From NCBI GenBank assembly GCA_963693365.1, contig CAVNZM010000001.1:18791625-18855624 (forward strand): a stretch of DNA of 64,000 bases, given 5' to 3'. Positions 1-13,600 of the stretch are shown here, one piece after another (position 1 is the first letter of the stretch; each line of letters opens with the position of its first letter). A program made the position numbers and the translations under genes. Origin of the DNA: Amoebidium appalachense (Eukaryota; Protista; Ichthyosporea). Below the pieces are notes generated by a model. That model was given only the letters and a program-made list of their open reading frames with translations. It made no database searches and had not been told where the DNA came from.

Positions 1-36
1 AACTATTATACATTTACGCTGGCTGGCTGGGGCCCC

Positions 37-405
37 TCAGCCTGCCCAGGAACCGGGGGTGCCGTCCAGACGAAATGCTTGCATACGCCACGGCCGCACC
101 CCGCGCGGGAAAATCACCTCAGAGGGGCGCAGAGGCACACTTGCCGAAGCCAACCCCTGAATGACGGGCCACCACGACGCCGTATCCCACACTGGAACGA
201 CGAGGATGCCCGCTGCACCTTCCCGCTGCAGCTTGGCCACCGTTCGCTTGATCAGCGGGAACGGAGGCGCCCACCAGCTTGGTGCCGTCCACGGCACCGC
301 CAACCCGTCTGCCATCCCACCGGGGGCCCCTGCCTGGGCCCACACATTAAACTCGGCCTTCACTGCCGAGGTGTGGGTGGCAAACCGATCGACTTCGGGC
401 TGCAT
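37..405 (-). pseudogene. DIRS-like retrotransposon, C-terminal Dam-like methyltransferase (MT) domain, separated from its RT/RNase H by an insertion
   Basis: Translation QPEVDRFATHTS...W...WWAPPFPLIKRTVAKLQREGAAGILVVPVWDTASWWP matches the VDxFA / NPPF / LVVPxW..WW pattern of DIRS MT domains. It joins in frame to ...RLLGM at 8416 once 406-8415 and one GCAT copy are removed. Confidence 0.8.
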
Positions 406-1322
406 CATATCAGCAAACATCTCCCGGCATCTTTTTCCCGTCTCAAACCAGTCTGGGACATCCTAAACCCGTAACCCATCCTGAACCATACCCTTTGTAA
501 CCGTTATTAGTTAGAGATGACTCCAAGCTATCCCTAACCCGTCCGGCTTTAGCAGGCGATATTAAAGACATCTCTGTAAGTACGTCCTTAGCATATCTGT
601 AACCCGGCGAAACCCTATCCCGTGTTCCATCTGTTTCCTCCCCCAAGCATATCTTAGAGCCGTCTTTGTTATGTCTTAAACGAATCTATAAAAAGACAAT
701 ATTTATGAACTTTTACTAAAAAGATATCCCCAGCATATCTGTAAGCTATCGATCAGCCGTCTACAAGAGCGCTTTGCGATCACCAATATCCATCTTTAAT
801 ACTACTTTATGTAGTTCAGACGAACATATATGGCATACTTAACACCTCTTGAAGAATTTGCAGAGATATATTACAGATATGTTGTGGTTAACCTAAATGT
901 ATCCTTACGATGTAGTTATGTAATATGTTATTTCAGTCTAACACGAGTTGTCGACTTTAGGACGTACTAAAAGCAACTCACCGATAGGCTAGGGATATTT
1001 TTATTGGTACATAGTGACACAAACAAGATATGCGTGAGACGTATTTACGTCATAATATAGATTCATCATCAATTGAGGAAAAGACACAATTAATATACAC
1101 TTTAGACGGCTTTAGGACGGCCTAACGTTATATATGGTCGCTCCCATAGATAGAATAATTATATATTCATAGTTCTGGTAAGAGCACCGGAAGATTTCTT
1201 GATGCAATTTTAAAGCCATCTTTCAGGATGTTCTAAAAGTCACACTAAAAAGACCGTCGTCATCCTTAAAGTCATCTGTTGGATGGCTGGAGGTTGTCGT
1301 GATGATATCTTAAACCCCCACC

Positions 1323-1361
<39 letters not shown>

Positions 1362-1365
1362 GGGA

Positions 1366-2098
1366 CCACCACCCACCCCACATGAACCTTTGACGATCGA
1401 TGACGACGATGAGGTGCCAGACCCACAGGGTCTTTTCCTGGGCACCACCACCCACCCCACATGAACCTTTGACGATCGATGACGACGACGAGGTGCCAGA
1501 CCCACAGGGTCTTGCCTCCATACTTTATTTACCTTAACAGGACAAAGAGCCGGTACCCACCTATGGGTGCTAAACATGCACATGATCATTCATGTGCTAT
1601 AAGAGCAACACAGAAACGAAACACGGAAACAACAGCAGCCATAGGACAAAGAGCCCCAGACCCACAGGGTCTTGCCTCCATACTTTATTTACCTTAACAG
1701 GACAAAGAGCCGGTACCCACCTATGGGTGCTAAACATGCACATGATCATTCATGTGCTATAAGAGCAACACAGAAACGAAACACGGAAACAACAGCAGCC
1801 ATAGGACAAAGAGCCCCAGACCCACAGGGTCTTGCCTCCATACTTTATTTACCTTAACAGGACAAAGAGCCGGTACCCACCTATGGGTGTAAACGTGCAC
1901 ATGATCATTCATGTGCTATAAGAGCAACACAGAAACGAAACACGGAAAAACCAGCAGCCATAGGACAAAGAGCCCCAGACCCACAGGGTCTTGCCTCCAT
2001 ACTTTATTTACCTTAACAGGACAAAGAGCCGGTACCCACCTATGAAACGAAAAACGGAAACAACAGCAGCCATAGGACAAAGAGCCGGTACCCACCTC
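1366..2098. repeat. 79-bp duplication followed by a ~160-bp tandem repeat (~3.5 copies)
   Basis: CCCACAGGGTCTTGCCTCCATAC recurs at 1501, 1661, 1821 and 1980; ACCACCACCCACCCCACATGAACC recurs near 1366 and 1445. Confidence 0.9.
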
Positions 2099-2690
2099 TA
2101 GATGATAACGTAGCCTTATAGCTGCTGATGACTTCATGGGCCAACCTTGCCAAAACCTGTAAAAGAACTCGAGCTAAGAATTAGCTCATCCTACTTGCGA
2201 GAAGTGGGGGGGAGGGGGGGGGGGGGGGGGGGGGGGGACTGAGGGGGCTGACTGAGAGTGGCAAAAAAAGAGTCGACAGAACCAACCTCAAACATAGTAA
2301 GGACGGAAACCCGGACCAGAACTTATGAAGTCTAGAGAAGCAGAAAATAGCTTGAACGATCGGTGGAGGGGATGATAGCTATAGTGCTAACAGCAAAAGT
2401 AGTGCCCACAGTCGCTGGTTCATGAACGTGAAAGGCAACGTGCATCTGCAGCCAGCAGACACACGCACACGCACGCACACACACACACATACACACACAC
2501 ACACATAGACACAGACACAGACATAAACACAGGACGGACACAGACCAGACAGACAAACGCCATATGCACAAAAGCAGGCAACACAAAACTAACCTTCAAA
2601 GGGCCTTTCAGCCGTTAGGCGAAGAAGCTGCAGCATGCAGCATGGTCCAAAACAATCAGCACGGTGGCTGCGCGATCTGAGGAGGGGATC

Positions 2691-2797
2691 TGTGACCAGG
2701 CGACCTGCGGGAAGGGAACTGCGACCAGGCGACCTGCGGGAAGGGACCTGCGACCAGGCGACCTGCGGGAAAGGACCTGCGGACCTGCGGGAAGGGG
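2691..2797. repeat. ~29-bp GC-rich minisatellite (~3.5 copies)
   Basis: Repeated unit GACCAGGCGACCTGCGGGAAGGGACCTGC. Confidence 0.85.
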
Positions 2798-3138
2798 GAA
2801 GAGAAATGGAGCAAACAACGTGCGTACAGGCTTAAATGGAGAAAAAATTGCAAACCGGATTGGGATTTAGCCAATCACTATTCGCCGCGCCTGATTAGGG
2901 AAAAGATAAAAATAGATTTCGGCTCGCGCGCGCGCGTGCATCAGCTTGGTGCCCTTAGCGCTACCCTTAGTGCCCTTAGTCACAACTATCAGACTATAGT
3001 TACGTGTCCTCCACTTCTTTGTTCTTGACCATTTTTTCGGCATGAAAGGGTTTCTGTTACTTCTTGCTGTCCTTCTTAGCGTGCTTGCTTGTCTTTTTTT
3101 CAACATGGGTGTCACTGGCGCTTTCGACTTCTTTGAAA

Positions 3139-3190
<52 letters not shown>

Positions 3191-3569
3191 GCACACACAC
3201 TCACACATGCACACTACACACACCCACACACACACACACACAGGCGCGCATACACAGGCACGCACACACACACAGGCGCACACCTACACAACACACACAG
3301 CACATGCACACACAAGCGCACACACGCACACACCCTGTTATCCCTGATCATGATGCCCCCTCCCCCCCTCCCTCTTCCCCCCCGCGCACCCCCCCCCCCC
3401 CCCCCCCCCCACCCACCCACCCCACCCACCCACCTACAAAGACGAAAACATTGTACATGTATTGCAAACACAAATATACTCGCACATATACATACACACA
3501 TTCACTTTAATCTTTCAGGCTACATGTGCAATTGGCATTAATTATGCACAGTCGATAGAATTCGTTGTG

Positions 3570-3604
<35 letters not shown>

Positions 3605-3719
3605 TCGTTCCCCCCATATGCAATGGGGATAATATTGTTTCCCGCTATTAATTAAAAAATCACCGTTCTAACTTCCTAAGACCGAACCACTTGTAACACC
3701 GACAGTTTCGGTTGTGTGG

Positions 3720-3758
<39 letters not shown>

Positions 3759-3873
3759 ACCCACCCACCACCACCTTACCAATATTGAGGTGTACACTGC
3801 CCCCACATCCCCAAATGTGTGCTGAATATCCCGTGCTAGGAAACCAATAACGTGAAAGTAACACATGCCGCAT

Positions 3874-4985
3874 GTGGGTAGTTATTGAAAAAACCAATAA
3901 TGTCTAGGTAACATACTATGTACATATACTATGCTACAAAGGGGGTTCTATACGAGCTACAACGTTGTGTTTTTTTCGTGTGACCCTCGTACTCCAGGGG
4001 CACATTCACCATCCCCCCCATAAACTTTGTGGTAAAGTTCTCGTGCTAGAAGCTGTTCTGTGGGTAGTTATTGAAAAAACGAATAATGTCTAGGTAACAC
4101 ATGTACATATACTATGCTACAAGGGGGGTTCTATTCGAGCTACAATGTTGTGTTTTTTTCGTGTGACCCTCGTACTCCAGGGGCACATTCACCATCCCCC
4201 CCATAAACTTTGTGGTAAATCTCTCGTGCTAGAGGCTGTTCTGTGGGTAGTTATTGAAAAACCAATAATGTCTAGGTAACATATGTACATATACTATGCT
4301 ACAAGGGGGGTTCTATACGAGCTACAACGTTGTGTTTTTTTCGTGTGACCCTCGTACTCCAGGGGCACATTCACCATCCCCCCCATAAACTTTGTGGTAA
4401 ATGTCTCGTGCTAGAAGCTGTTCTGTGGGTAGTTATTGAAAAAACCAACTTAGTAATGTCTAGGTAACACATGTACATATACTATGCTACAAGGGGGGTT
4501 CTATTCGAGCTACAATGTTGTGTTTTTTTCGTGTGACCCTCGTACTCCAGAGGCACATTCACCATCCCCCCCATAAACTTTGTGGTAAAGGTCTCGTGCT
4601 AGAAGCTGTTCTGTGGGTAGTTATTGAAAAAACCAATAATGTCTAGGTAACACCTGTACATATACTATGCTACAATTGCAAGGGGGGTTCTATTCGAGCT
4701 ACAATGTTGTGTTTTTTTCGTGTGACCCTCGTACTCCAGGGGCACATTCACCATCCCCCCCATAAAGTTTGTGGTAAATCTCTCGTGCTAGAGGCTGTTC
4801 TGTGGGTGGTTATTGAAAAACCAATAATGTCTAGGTAACATATGTACATATACTATGCTACAAGGGGGGTTCTATACGAGCTACAACGTTGTGTTTTTTT
4901 CGTGTGACCCTCGTACTCCAGGGGCATATTCACCATCCCCGCCATAAACTTTGTGGTAAATGTCTCGTGCTAGAAGCTGTTCTGT
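3874..4985. repeat. ~182-189-bp tandem repeat, 6 copies
   Basis: GTGGGTAGTTATTGAAAAAACCAATAATGTCTAGG unit starts near 3874, 4060, 4243, 4425, 4613 and 4802. Confidence 0.92.
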
Positions 4986-5163
4986 GTCTGATGTGTGGAT
5001 GTCTGTGTATGTTGTGTGTGTGTGCATGTCTGTGTGTGTGTATGTGCTCAGTTGAAAGGGAAGGGGGGGAGAGGGGGGATGCACCGTGTGTGTGCATGTG
5101 TGCACGTGTGTGTGTGTGCTCTGTGGAGAGGGAAGGGGAGGGGGGAAATGCACCGTGTGTGTG

Positions 5164-5207
<44 letters not shown>

Positions 5208-5360
5208 TGTGTGTGTTGTGTGTTTGTGTGTGTGTGCATGTCTGTGTGCATCGTGTGTGTTGTGTGTGTGTGTGTGTGCATGTCTGTGCATGTGTGCATG
5301 TGCTCGGTGGAGAGGGAAGGGGAAGGGGGGGATTCGTGTCCGTGCATGTGTGCATGTGTG

Positions 5361-5421
<61 letters not shown>

Positions 5422-6206
5422 ATGTATGTGTGTGTGTATGTGCTCAGTTGAGAGGGAAGGGGAGGGGGGGGGTGCACCGTGTGTGTGCATGTGTGCATGT
5501 TAATGCAAAGTACACACGGGGGAGTCCGTAGAATTTTTTTCCCGACGGAGGGGGGGGGGGACGTGATCGGGGAATTTCAGTGTTTTCTCCAGTCCCGCAT
5601 GCAACATACCAGCCTTCGTATTCAAAAAACCCAAACACCCTTTCCTTTAGCAAGTAGCTGACTTTCTCACCACCAAACGTAGATGGGGGTGGGGGGGAGT
5701 GCCCACGTTCACCCACACATCCCCACGGGCATTTGCCGGCCCATCAGGGGGGGTCCAAGAGGGGGGGGGGGGGGGGGTCATTCTATAGTGTGCATGTGTT
5801 GTGGAGGGAAAAAACGTGCAAAAACTCTCAGAATGGACGGATTTCGATGCAGTTTTTTTTTGTTTTCCCAATGGGAAGGTATGTTAATGCAAAGTACACA
5901 CGGGGGAGTCCGTAGGATTTTTTCCCGACGGAGGGGGGAACGTGATCGGGGAATTTCAAGACGAAAAATCTAAAGTCTCAATATCTGCCAAAACCCTCCG
6001 AATGGACGGGGGGGAGAGGGGGGGGGGGGGGGGGGGGAGGCATCAAACGTGATGGCTCACACACCCCCACTGAAGTTTGCTGGCCCCATAGGTGGGGTCC
6101 AGTGGGGGGGGGGGGGGGGGGGGGGGGTCATTGTATAGTGTGCTTTTTTTTTTGTGGGGGGGGGGGGGGTTACACATTGGGTGGTTATTTCCAAGGCAAT
6201 GGCAAC

Positions 6207-6246
<40 letters not shown>

Positions 6247-6736
6247 TCCCCGGCGGGCCCGCCGCTGCGCTGCGGAAGATTACTCTGATCCACTCGAATC
6301 CTTTTGTCCCAAACACAGGCTTGCAGGATAAGAAAGGCCTGCACCTTGCAAAGCTGGATGCCTATTTTGCATCAGAAGGGAACTTCGACCCCAGCCCCAG
6401 GCTTGAAGGACGTGGCAATTGCCTAAAGTTCCTGCCGCTACAGCTGCAGTTGTTCCTAGCGGGCTTAACGCCTGCTGAAGCACGGGGGACTCCACGGGGG
6501 GATCTGCCTCTTCCAGTGAAAAGAAAAATATTCCCATACAACAGCTGCTATATTCGACTGCAAGAAGGTGAGGAGGGAGTGTATCTTAGGGTGGTGGGAT
6601 GTAAGGAGTTTTATGGTCGGCGATCCGCACTGCAGTTTCAGGTATGGTTGGCGTATTTATTCAGGACGTACTGACAGAATAGTAAGTATAGCTCTAGTAT
6701 AGCGTGATGATATTCTAAGGAGCTTCCTAAGGTATG

Positions 6737-6831
6737 CCCATACCTGAGACTGGTTCCCATACCTGAGACTGGTTCCCATACCTGAGACTGGTTCCCATAC
6801 CTGAGACTGGTCCCCATACCTGAGACTGGTT
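6737..6831. repeat. 19-bp tandem repeat x5
   Basis: CCCATACCTGAGACTGGTT repeated head-to-tail without spacers. Confidence 0.92.
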
Positions 6832-8415
6832 CTCTTTGCCTCGAGTAAACAGCGTAAACCCCGATATATATCTTTGCGTTTTTTTGCGTTTTTTGTGCAT
6901 TTTTTTATTTTTTTATTTTTTAATGTGTTTATTTAGGGTAAATTCCACGCACCGGCCACTTGCTCCGCGCAGGCATTGCACCGTTTGCCAAGGTATCTCG
7001 CCTAATTTATAGGTACCTTAAATATTATTATAACTAAAACTTCTGTATTTGGCAGTTGAATGCCCCAGTTTTACTTACATTAGACGGATCATGATTGTAA
7101 TGATAACAGTGCTTCAGATTCTGTTTTGCACCCCTCCAGTAAATCTTTGTTTCCATTGGCTATCAACGCCTCGCGCGCACCTGCGCGAGCCTTCATGTTT
7201 CATGTTTCAATAAAAGCGTACCTTGTGACGCCTTCATTGTGAATGCAGTGTGAAATTCGATCCTAAAAAACAACCAATCAAAAACGTTGGAGTGATCTAT
7301 CCCACAATCAAATGCGAAATCCCTTTTCCGGCCGTATATATTGAGCTAACCCGCGCATCATGGATCGTGGTCCTGGGTAATCGGCATTGACCGGGTGGTG
7401 AAGACGCCGTGGCTGAGGATAGCGATACGTGCTTTGCTTTTCTATCCCAGGGAACACTTAAAGATCATCTAAATCGATCCCATTGAAGCCTTAAAGAGGC
7501 CCTAAAGTAATCCTAACACAATACCTAATTGCAACTCTGAACATCTTTAAGCTACCCCAAATAGGGCGTGAAGATCGCAGAAAGGTATCACCAATACTTG
7601 CCTAAGATTGCGTTAGCATATCACATGCACATACATGGCCTGTCTTGAAGATATAATTTGGATGGCCAATAGCGCTACAAAAGAACTCTCCAAAGATCTC
7701 CTTAGATGATCCACTGCCTAGCTGTGATATATCCTGACGACATTCTAACGCAATCAGTTCGTTTCGCAAATGTTGCATGGCCATACGGGATTAAGAGAGG
7801 ATAAAGGTTGTACTAAGATCTCCGCAGTACATCTTTAACATATCTCTACGCCCATCCCACGAGCGCCTTGTGTCAACTTACTTGCGTGTATAATGCATCT
7901 TACACACATCTATATAATATGTATCGGTATCTCTCATAGACATCCTGTAGAATGAGTGCAGACGTCTTTAGGACATCTGTTAACTACCCCATGTTCCGGG
8001 ATGATAAAAATATCTCCTCAATCCGTCCAAGATATCTTTAAGACGTAAAAGACATGAAAACCCGAAAGACGTCTTTCATATATCCCGTATGCATCCGCAA
8101 CCCATCTTACAATTTAATGGGGGGTTAAGGACATCCGGACTTGTGCTGATGGGTATAAGTGCACTTCCAGGTGTCTGTATGACATCTTGTCAGACGACTT
8201 TACTACGTCTTGCAGATGTCCACTGTCTTGAATCCGTGCCAGACGTATTTAATATATATGGGATGTGTTTCAGACGCCTTGCCATCCTGAAATTCCGGGT
8301 TATCCTAAACCCGTCCTAAGCTATCTTTTAGATATATTAACGACGTTAGGACGTCCTAAAGTCGTACAAGACAGGTTTCGGATGGGGGGTGATCTTTGCT
8401 GATATGATGAGTATG

Positions 8416-10074
8416 GCATGCCCAGCAGCCGCCACGCCACCCGCTCGACTGCCTCCGGCGTGACTTGCCATTCATGCCGGGGGTCCACCCGCGACAGCAA
8501 TCTGCTCGGTCGTTGAGCTCACCTGGGATGTAGGCCACCTCCTGCCGGCCAAGGCAACTTGTAGTCGAGGCACAACTGCAGAAGCTGCCACAGAATGCGC
8601 TGCATCGAGGGGCTGCCGCTGCCCTTTTTCCGTACGGCCCCAAGGGCCGCCTGGGCATCGGCTTGCCACTGCACCCGCTGCCCACGGAGGGCTTCCTGCA
8701 GGGCAGGGCTCTGATAGGCCTCCAACAGGCCCTCACACTCCGCAATCGCCGCCGCCCGCGGAGCGTCGTCGGCTGCCCACCTGCCCGCCGCCTCAAGCGC
8801 AGCCAGTTGAAGCACGGCCCCCCAGCCGTGTGTGGTGGCGGCATCCGTGATGAGCGTAGCCGTGACCGGGTTGGGCCATATCTCCGCCCGAGGCAACTTG
8901 AACCGGCCAATGAATTGGGGCGTCCGACCGATAATCCGTAACTGACGCCCCGAAAGCCGAACGAAACTGCGCCAATTTCCCCCGCGTAGGGCGGCATACA
9001 CTGGCCGCACCAACGTCAGCACGTGGGGAGTGGCAGCCCGCAGACTCATGACCACCCCCACCCACCGGGCGACTTGCTTCTTTTCCACCCATCGCTTGCC
9101 CTTGCGAGCCTTGGCCATCACCCGCTTGGTCTCCTCCACCAGCTTCTCCATAGAGGTGGCGGTAGGGGCCAACACACCCGCGGCAAGGTCGACATGGATG
9201 CCTAGATGGTCGAGATGGTCGGTGGGTTCCCACTGGCCCTTCTCCGTATTTCGGCTCAGGCCCATTGCCTCGAGCTCCCCCTCAACAACACCGCGAGTTT
9301 GCAGCGCCTTTAGCGGCCGTTCGACGACCAACCAGTCGTCCAAGAACGCTAACGTGCGCACACCGCGCCGGTGAAGACGCCGACCAAACTCCTTCATGAG
9401 CCGCGTGAAGTAGTATGGGCTGAGGGAATAGCCGAAAGGCAGCACAGTGTACTGATACAGCTGGCCGCCAACCCGAATCTGAAAATATTTACGCCACCGT
9501 GGCGCAATTGCCAGCGCAAAGTAGCCGTCCTCCAGGTCGAAACTGAAGCCGTGGTCCCTGGCTGAGCAATGACCTGCAGGTCACTGAGCGTCTCGTACTT
9601 GAGGCCCCGCTGTACGGCATACTCATTCACTGGGCGCATGTCGATTATCAGCCGCACTTTACCGTTTGGTTTCCGCACCCCAAACGTGGTCGACACGCAA
9701 TGCTTCCTGGACTCGTCGATGGGTTCAAGTGCGCCCTTACCCACTAAACGCGCAACTTCCACCAACGCCTCATCCTCCGAAACTTCGCCCAAGTCTAGGT
9801 ACCTCCCCATGTCGTGGGGAGGTGGCGGCCCAGCGCACCATTCGGGTGTGATGCCATACTTAATCCAGAAGAGCACGTCCTTGGCTGCTCCACCGCGCGC
9901 CCACTCATCGTGGCACGCACGCACCCGTTGATAGAGCGGTGCAGGTGCTACCCCGCCCACTGGCTTACTGGGAGCACACCGGCCGCCCCCGCACAGACCA
10001 CTGCTGCCGGGGCCCACACTAGGACTAGAGAGCAGCACACGTTGCTGCTGTACATGCTCACGCGAGCAGCCCAC
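8416..10074 (-). pseudogene. DIRS-like (tyrosine-recombinase class) retrotransposon RT + RNase H, frameshifted
   Basis: RT motifs KPNGKVRLIIDMRPVN, (frameshift ~9560) FSFDLEDGYF, LPFGYSLSPYYF, AFLDDWL; RNase H motifs LITDAATTHGWGA and YIPGELNDRAD; further frameshifts near 8550 and 8495. No gag or recombinase ORF recognised in the window. Confidence 0.88.
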
Positions 10075-10649
10075 ACGGGCTAACGTTGCCAGACGTGCCT
10101 AGGTGCTTATAGCTACACAAACAACCCCAAAACACAACCTCACTTGGGTTTTGCAAAAACTCATGAGCGCATCCGGTCTCAATGATCTGCGGTTCCTGGG
10201 CCTATTATTATAGCTAAAGTCTAGGGACCTACACCACTGACTATAGCGCTCACTGCGCTCAAAAGCTTTGGTCTTGGTCACTAGACCGGCCTCACTAACG
10301 CGCGCTTCTCCTAAGAGAAGCGGCGAGGAAAAGACTGTTTGAGAGAAGCGAAAAACATGACTTTTATAGTCGCTTCTACAGGAAGAGATGTGTGATGCCG
10401 ATCATCACACCATCTTCTTCCGATTGGTGGATAAAATGAGTATTTACCAAATATATCATTTGCGGATAGGGGTTTGGGGGAAGGGGAGAGCGGGTCTCAC
10501 GTGAGATGCCAAGAGTGAGAAAAAAAAAGAGTGTACAGCCAATCGGGTGCCAGTATCATTTATTGATAAGGACGCAGTAGATCCGACCCCAAATCACAAA
10601 GAAGGCTGAGGGAAAGCTTCCCCCCTGTGTGGGTCGGACAGGTTTGTAG

Positions 10650-13600
10650 GTTTTTTTTCTTCTTCTTTTGACTGGATTCGTTCGACGGAAAGATATGCAA
10701 GCATACTGAGAAGACAATAAAAACTTCACGAGTTATCCAGTAACAAGTGCATACTAAGAAACCCGAACACTGTGTGAAAATCATATAAATCAGTGAATAC
10801 TCAATGTGACGACCAACAGAACTCAACAAAAAGTCTAAAGTGGTCACATTGCCAGCCAGTGTAGCAGACACCCGTAGGGAAAGAGGTAAAACGCGACATA
10901 AAAACTCACAGTCTCACACCTATCAACATGCTTGCGATTAAAAAGTTCAGCACAAAATTGGCACCAGCGGCGATGGAAACAAAAATTACAACGCCACTGC
11001 ACAACTTCCCAGGCAATATTAACATCAGAGCACCATACAAACTTATCTACTAGGGTGGTATCCATACGAACAGCAGGAGAAATATATCCTGCCAAAGCTC
11101 CCAAAAGCGATAATGATCAGTACGGTGTTGCCTAAGGAACATAACACATGCCTGTTGGAGTGCAGACTTACGCTCATTCCACAATACGTGTATGTTAGCT
11201 TTACAATTGGTTCCGTGTACACAGACACACGCTGACACTCGATCACCACATGCACATCTGCATAGTTGAGGAATGTTGCCAATTGTGTTTTGACTGCAAA
11301 CGATTGGTTCACTGGTCCCAGAGATCTCTAAATGAAAGTAACCAATCCGATTAGCGCCTGGCATCCGGATTACATTCTAGACTGCTGCCCCACGGGTATA
11401 TAAGCCACATCTCTGCCAGGTGCAGACATGGAGTTCAGACATGGAGGTAACACACTGAAAACAGTAAAAAAACGGGTCAGCGCCCAAGCGCGCCACGACG
11501 ACCCTAGTCACAGCGGACTCTACTTCCAACAGGGTTATGGGCCCAGACACGACACCGCGGCCTCTAACTTCACGTCCCCTACGACGCCTTGAACGGAGGA
11601 GCCAGAAACCGACTTCTAGGCTGTACCCTACACCCGCGAGCGTATTTCCGTGAAGTAGAGACTTTCGCTTCCACAAACTCCATCCGCAGTGCCAGCAGCC
11701 TGCGACATCAACGTCAAGTATTCCACTTCATTGGCGGGGCACGCACCACAGTGGAATGCACACCCCGGTCTACCCTGCAAGCAGCCACACTCACTCTCTC
11801 TTCTCTAGTGGTGTGTACACTTCTCCAATTGGGTAGGGGTGTTGGAGTGCAGACTTACGCTCATTCCACAATACGTGTATGTTAGCTTTACAATTGGTTC
11901 CGTGTACACAGACACACGCTGACACTCGATCACCACATGCACATCTGCATAGTTGAGGAATGTTGCCAATTGTGTTTTGACTGCAAACGATTGGTTCACT
12001 GGTCCCAGAGATCTCTAAATGAAAGTAACCAATCCGATTAGCGCCTGGCATCCGGATTACATTCCAGACTGCTGCCCCACGGGTATATAAGCCACGTCTC
12101 TGCCAGGTGCAGACATGGAGTTCAGACATGAAGTTCAGTCATGGAGGTAACACACTGAAAACAGTAAAAAAACGGGTCAGCGCCCAAGCGCCCCACGACG
12201 ACCCTAGTCACAGCGGACTCTACTTCCAACAATGCCGATGTCTGAGTTTTACCTTTGATTTCTCTATCAGAACGAGAAAGAAACTTATACTGCGAATGGT
12301 AATAACGCGAAAAGGCAGAAAAAACAGGAAGAGAAAAGAAAGAGGGAGTGAGATAGCGAGAGGAAGAATCAGGTTGAATGAGGGTAGGCTGAGGACATTC
12401 AGAAGTAGCGTTGGCGAATCGGGGGGGAAGAGGGATGGAGGGAGGGGGGGGGAAGAAAGTATAAAGAGGGTGACCATCAGGTATCCTAACTAAATGAAAA
12501 CAAAAACGAAGAGACAATTCCTCTATACGACAAACAGCAGACGACAATCCAAACATACTGATTAAGGGAGGCGCAAACCGAGTACGAAACAAAGTGCGCA
12601 GCGCAGTACCCTGAAAATCGTCGAACTCTTTCAGCGCCACGGCCGCCTCGCGAGGTGGGGCGCAGGCCAATAGCGGAAGTAATGGATTCATAGAGTAACA
12701 CTGGCAGACTGTGGGTATAACACGAATAGGCATGACGAAAGCCCCCTTGAAGGGAAGAAAGACGGAACACGGCGTTTAAAGAATCGTCGGCGTTAAACGC
12801 GCGAAGCATGCAACCCTCGAAGAGCCGACGAAAAACGTTGGTAAGTGAGACGGGACGAAAGTCGTTAATGACCCCCTGCGATACCTTCTTACGAACGGGC
12901 GTAACGATTGGGTCAAGCCACGAATTTGGAAGAAACCCGAGTTCGAAAAAAGCCGAAAAAAACTCACTAAGAAGGACAGCAAAAGGCGGGGGCGGGGGGG
13001 ACCTGCACGATTACGGGGCCGAAGCACGGGAGAAAGAACCTTGAAAAGCACGGGAGGAAGACCATCCGGCCCGCATGCTTTGCGAGGTTTTAAAGCCCGT
13101 ATAGCACCAAAAACAGCCGAAGAGTTGAAATAACTGTGAAAAGTGCCCGGGAACGACCGGCCCGGCTCCCAACTCGGCGGCTGGGAGAGGCCAGGGGGCG
13201 GTGATGGAACCGTGGACACGTTAGGAAGCGAAAATAGGGAAGCATAATAGTCATCGACGGATTCAGCGACGGAGATGGAAGGAGACGGGGCATAGACTTG
13301 CACGGAAGGCCCAAACCGACCGGCGGATTTCCAGACCGATAATGCTTCCTGTAGAGGCAACAACTGTCGTAGGGACTGCAAAACGTGAGACTGTCTCAGC
13401 CGAACGGAAGGGTACTCAACCGTGCCCACCACCTGCTCGCCAAGGGCAAATAGAAACTCAACAAACTCATTATAACAAACCTCCAAAATAGCCGGGTTCC
13501 GCTGCGCAGAAGGTTGGCGAGGACACGAGGTGTTCTGTCGGCGTCCCCCCTGTGGGGACTATGAAGCCTGTTATTGTGTTTACGGCGTCTCCCTTGTGGG

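Larger units (their letters stand above)
406..8415. mobile_element. ~8-kb non-autonomous TIR DNA element (possibly CMC/EnSpm-Plavaka-like) inserted in the DIRS element
   Basis: Inverted termini CATATCAGCAAA(C/G)ATC at 406-421 and 8391-8406; GCAT direct repeat at 402-405 and 8416-8419; ~900-bp zones of degenerate GATATC/CATCT/GACGTC motifs inside both ends; no transposase seen. Superfamily is inference. Confidence 0.7.

Noticed and set aside
6102-6674. 190-aa ORF, and the signal-peptide-like ORF at 3042, as cargo genes of the 8-kb element
   Set aside because: One starts within G/C homopolymer runs and the other runs into microsatellite; no recognisable domain or consistent exon chain.
6737-6831. 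CRISPR-like short direct repeats (also the 160-bp and ~185-bp arrays)
   Set aside because: Head-to-tail tandem repeats without unique spacers, no cas genes, eukaryotic context.
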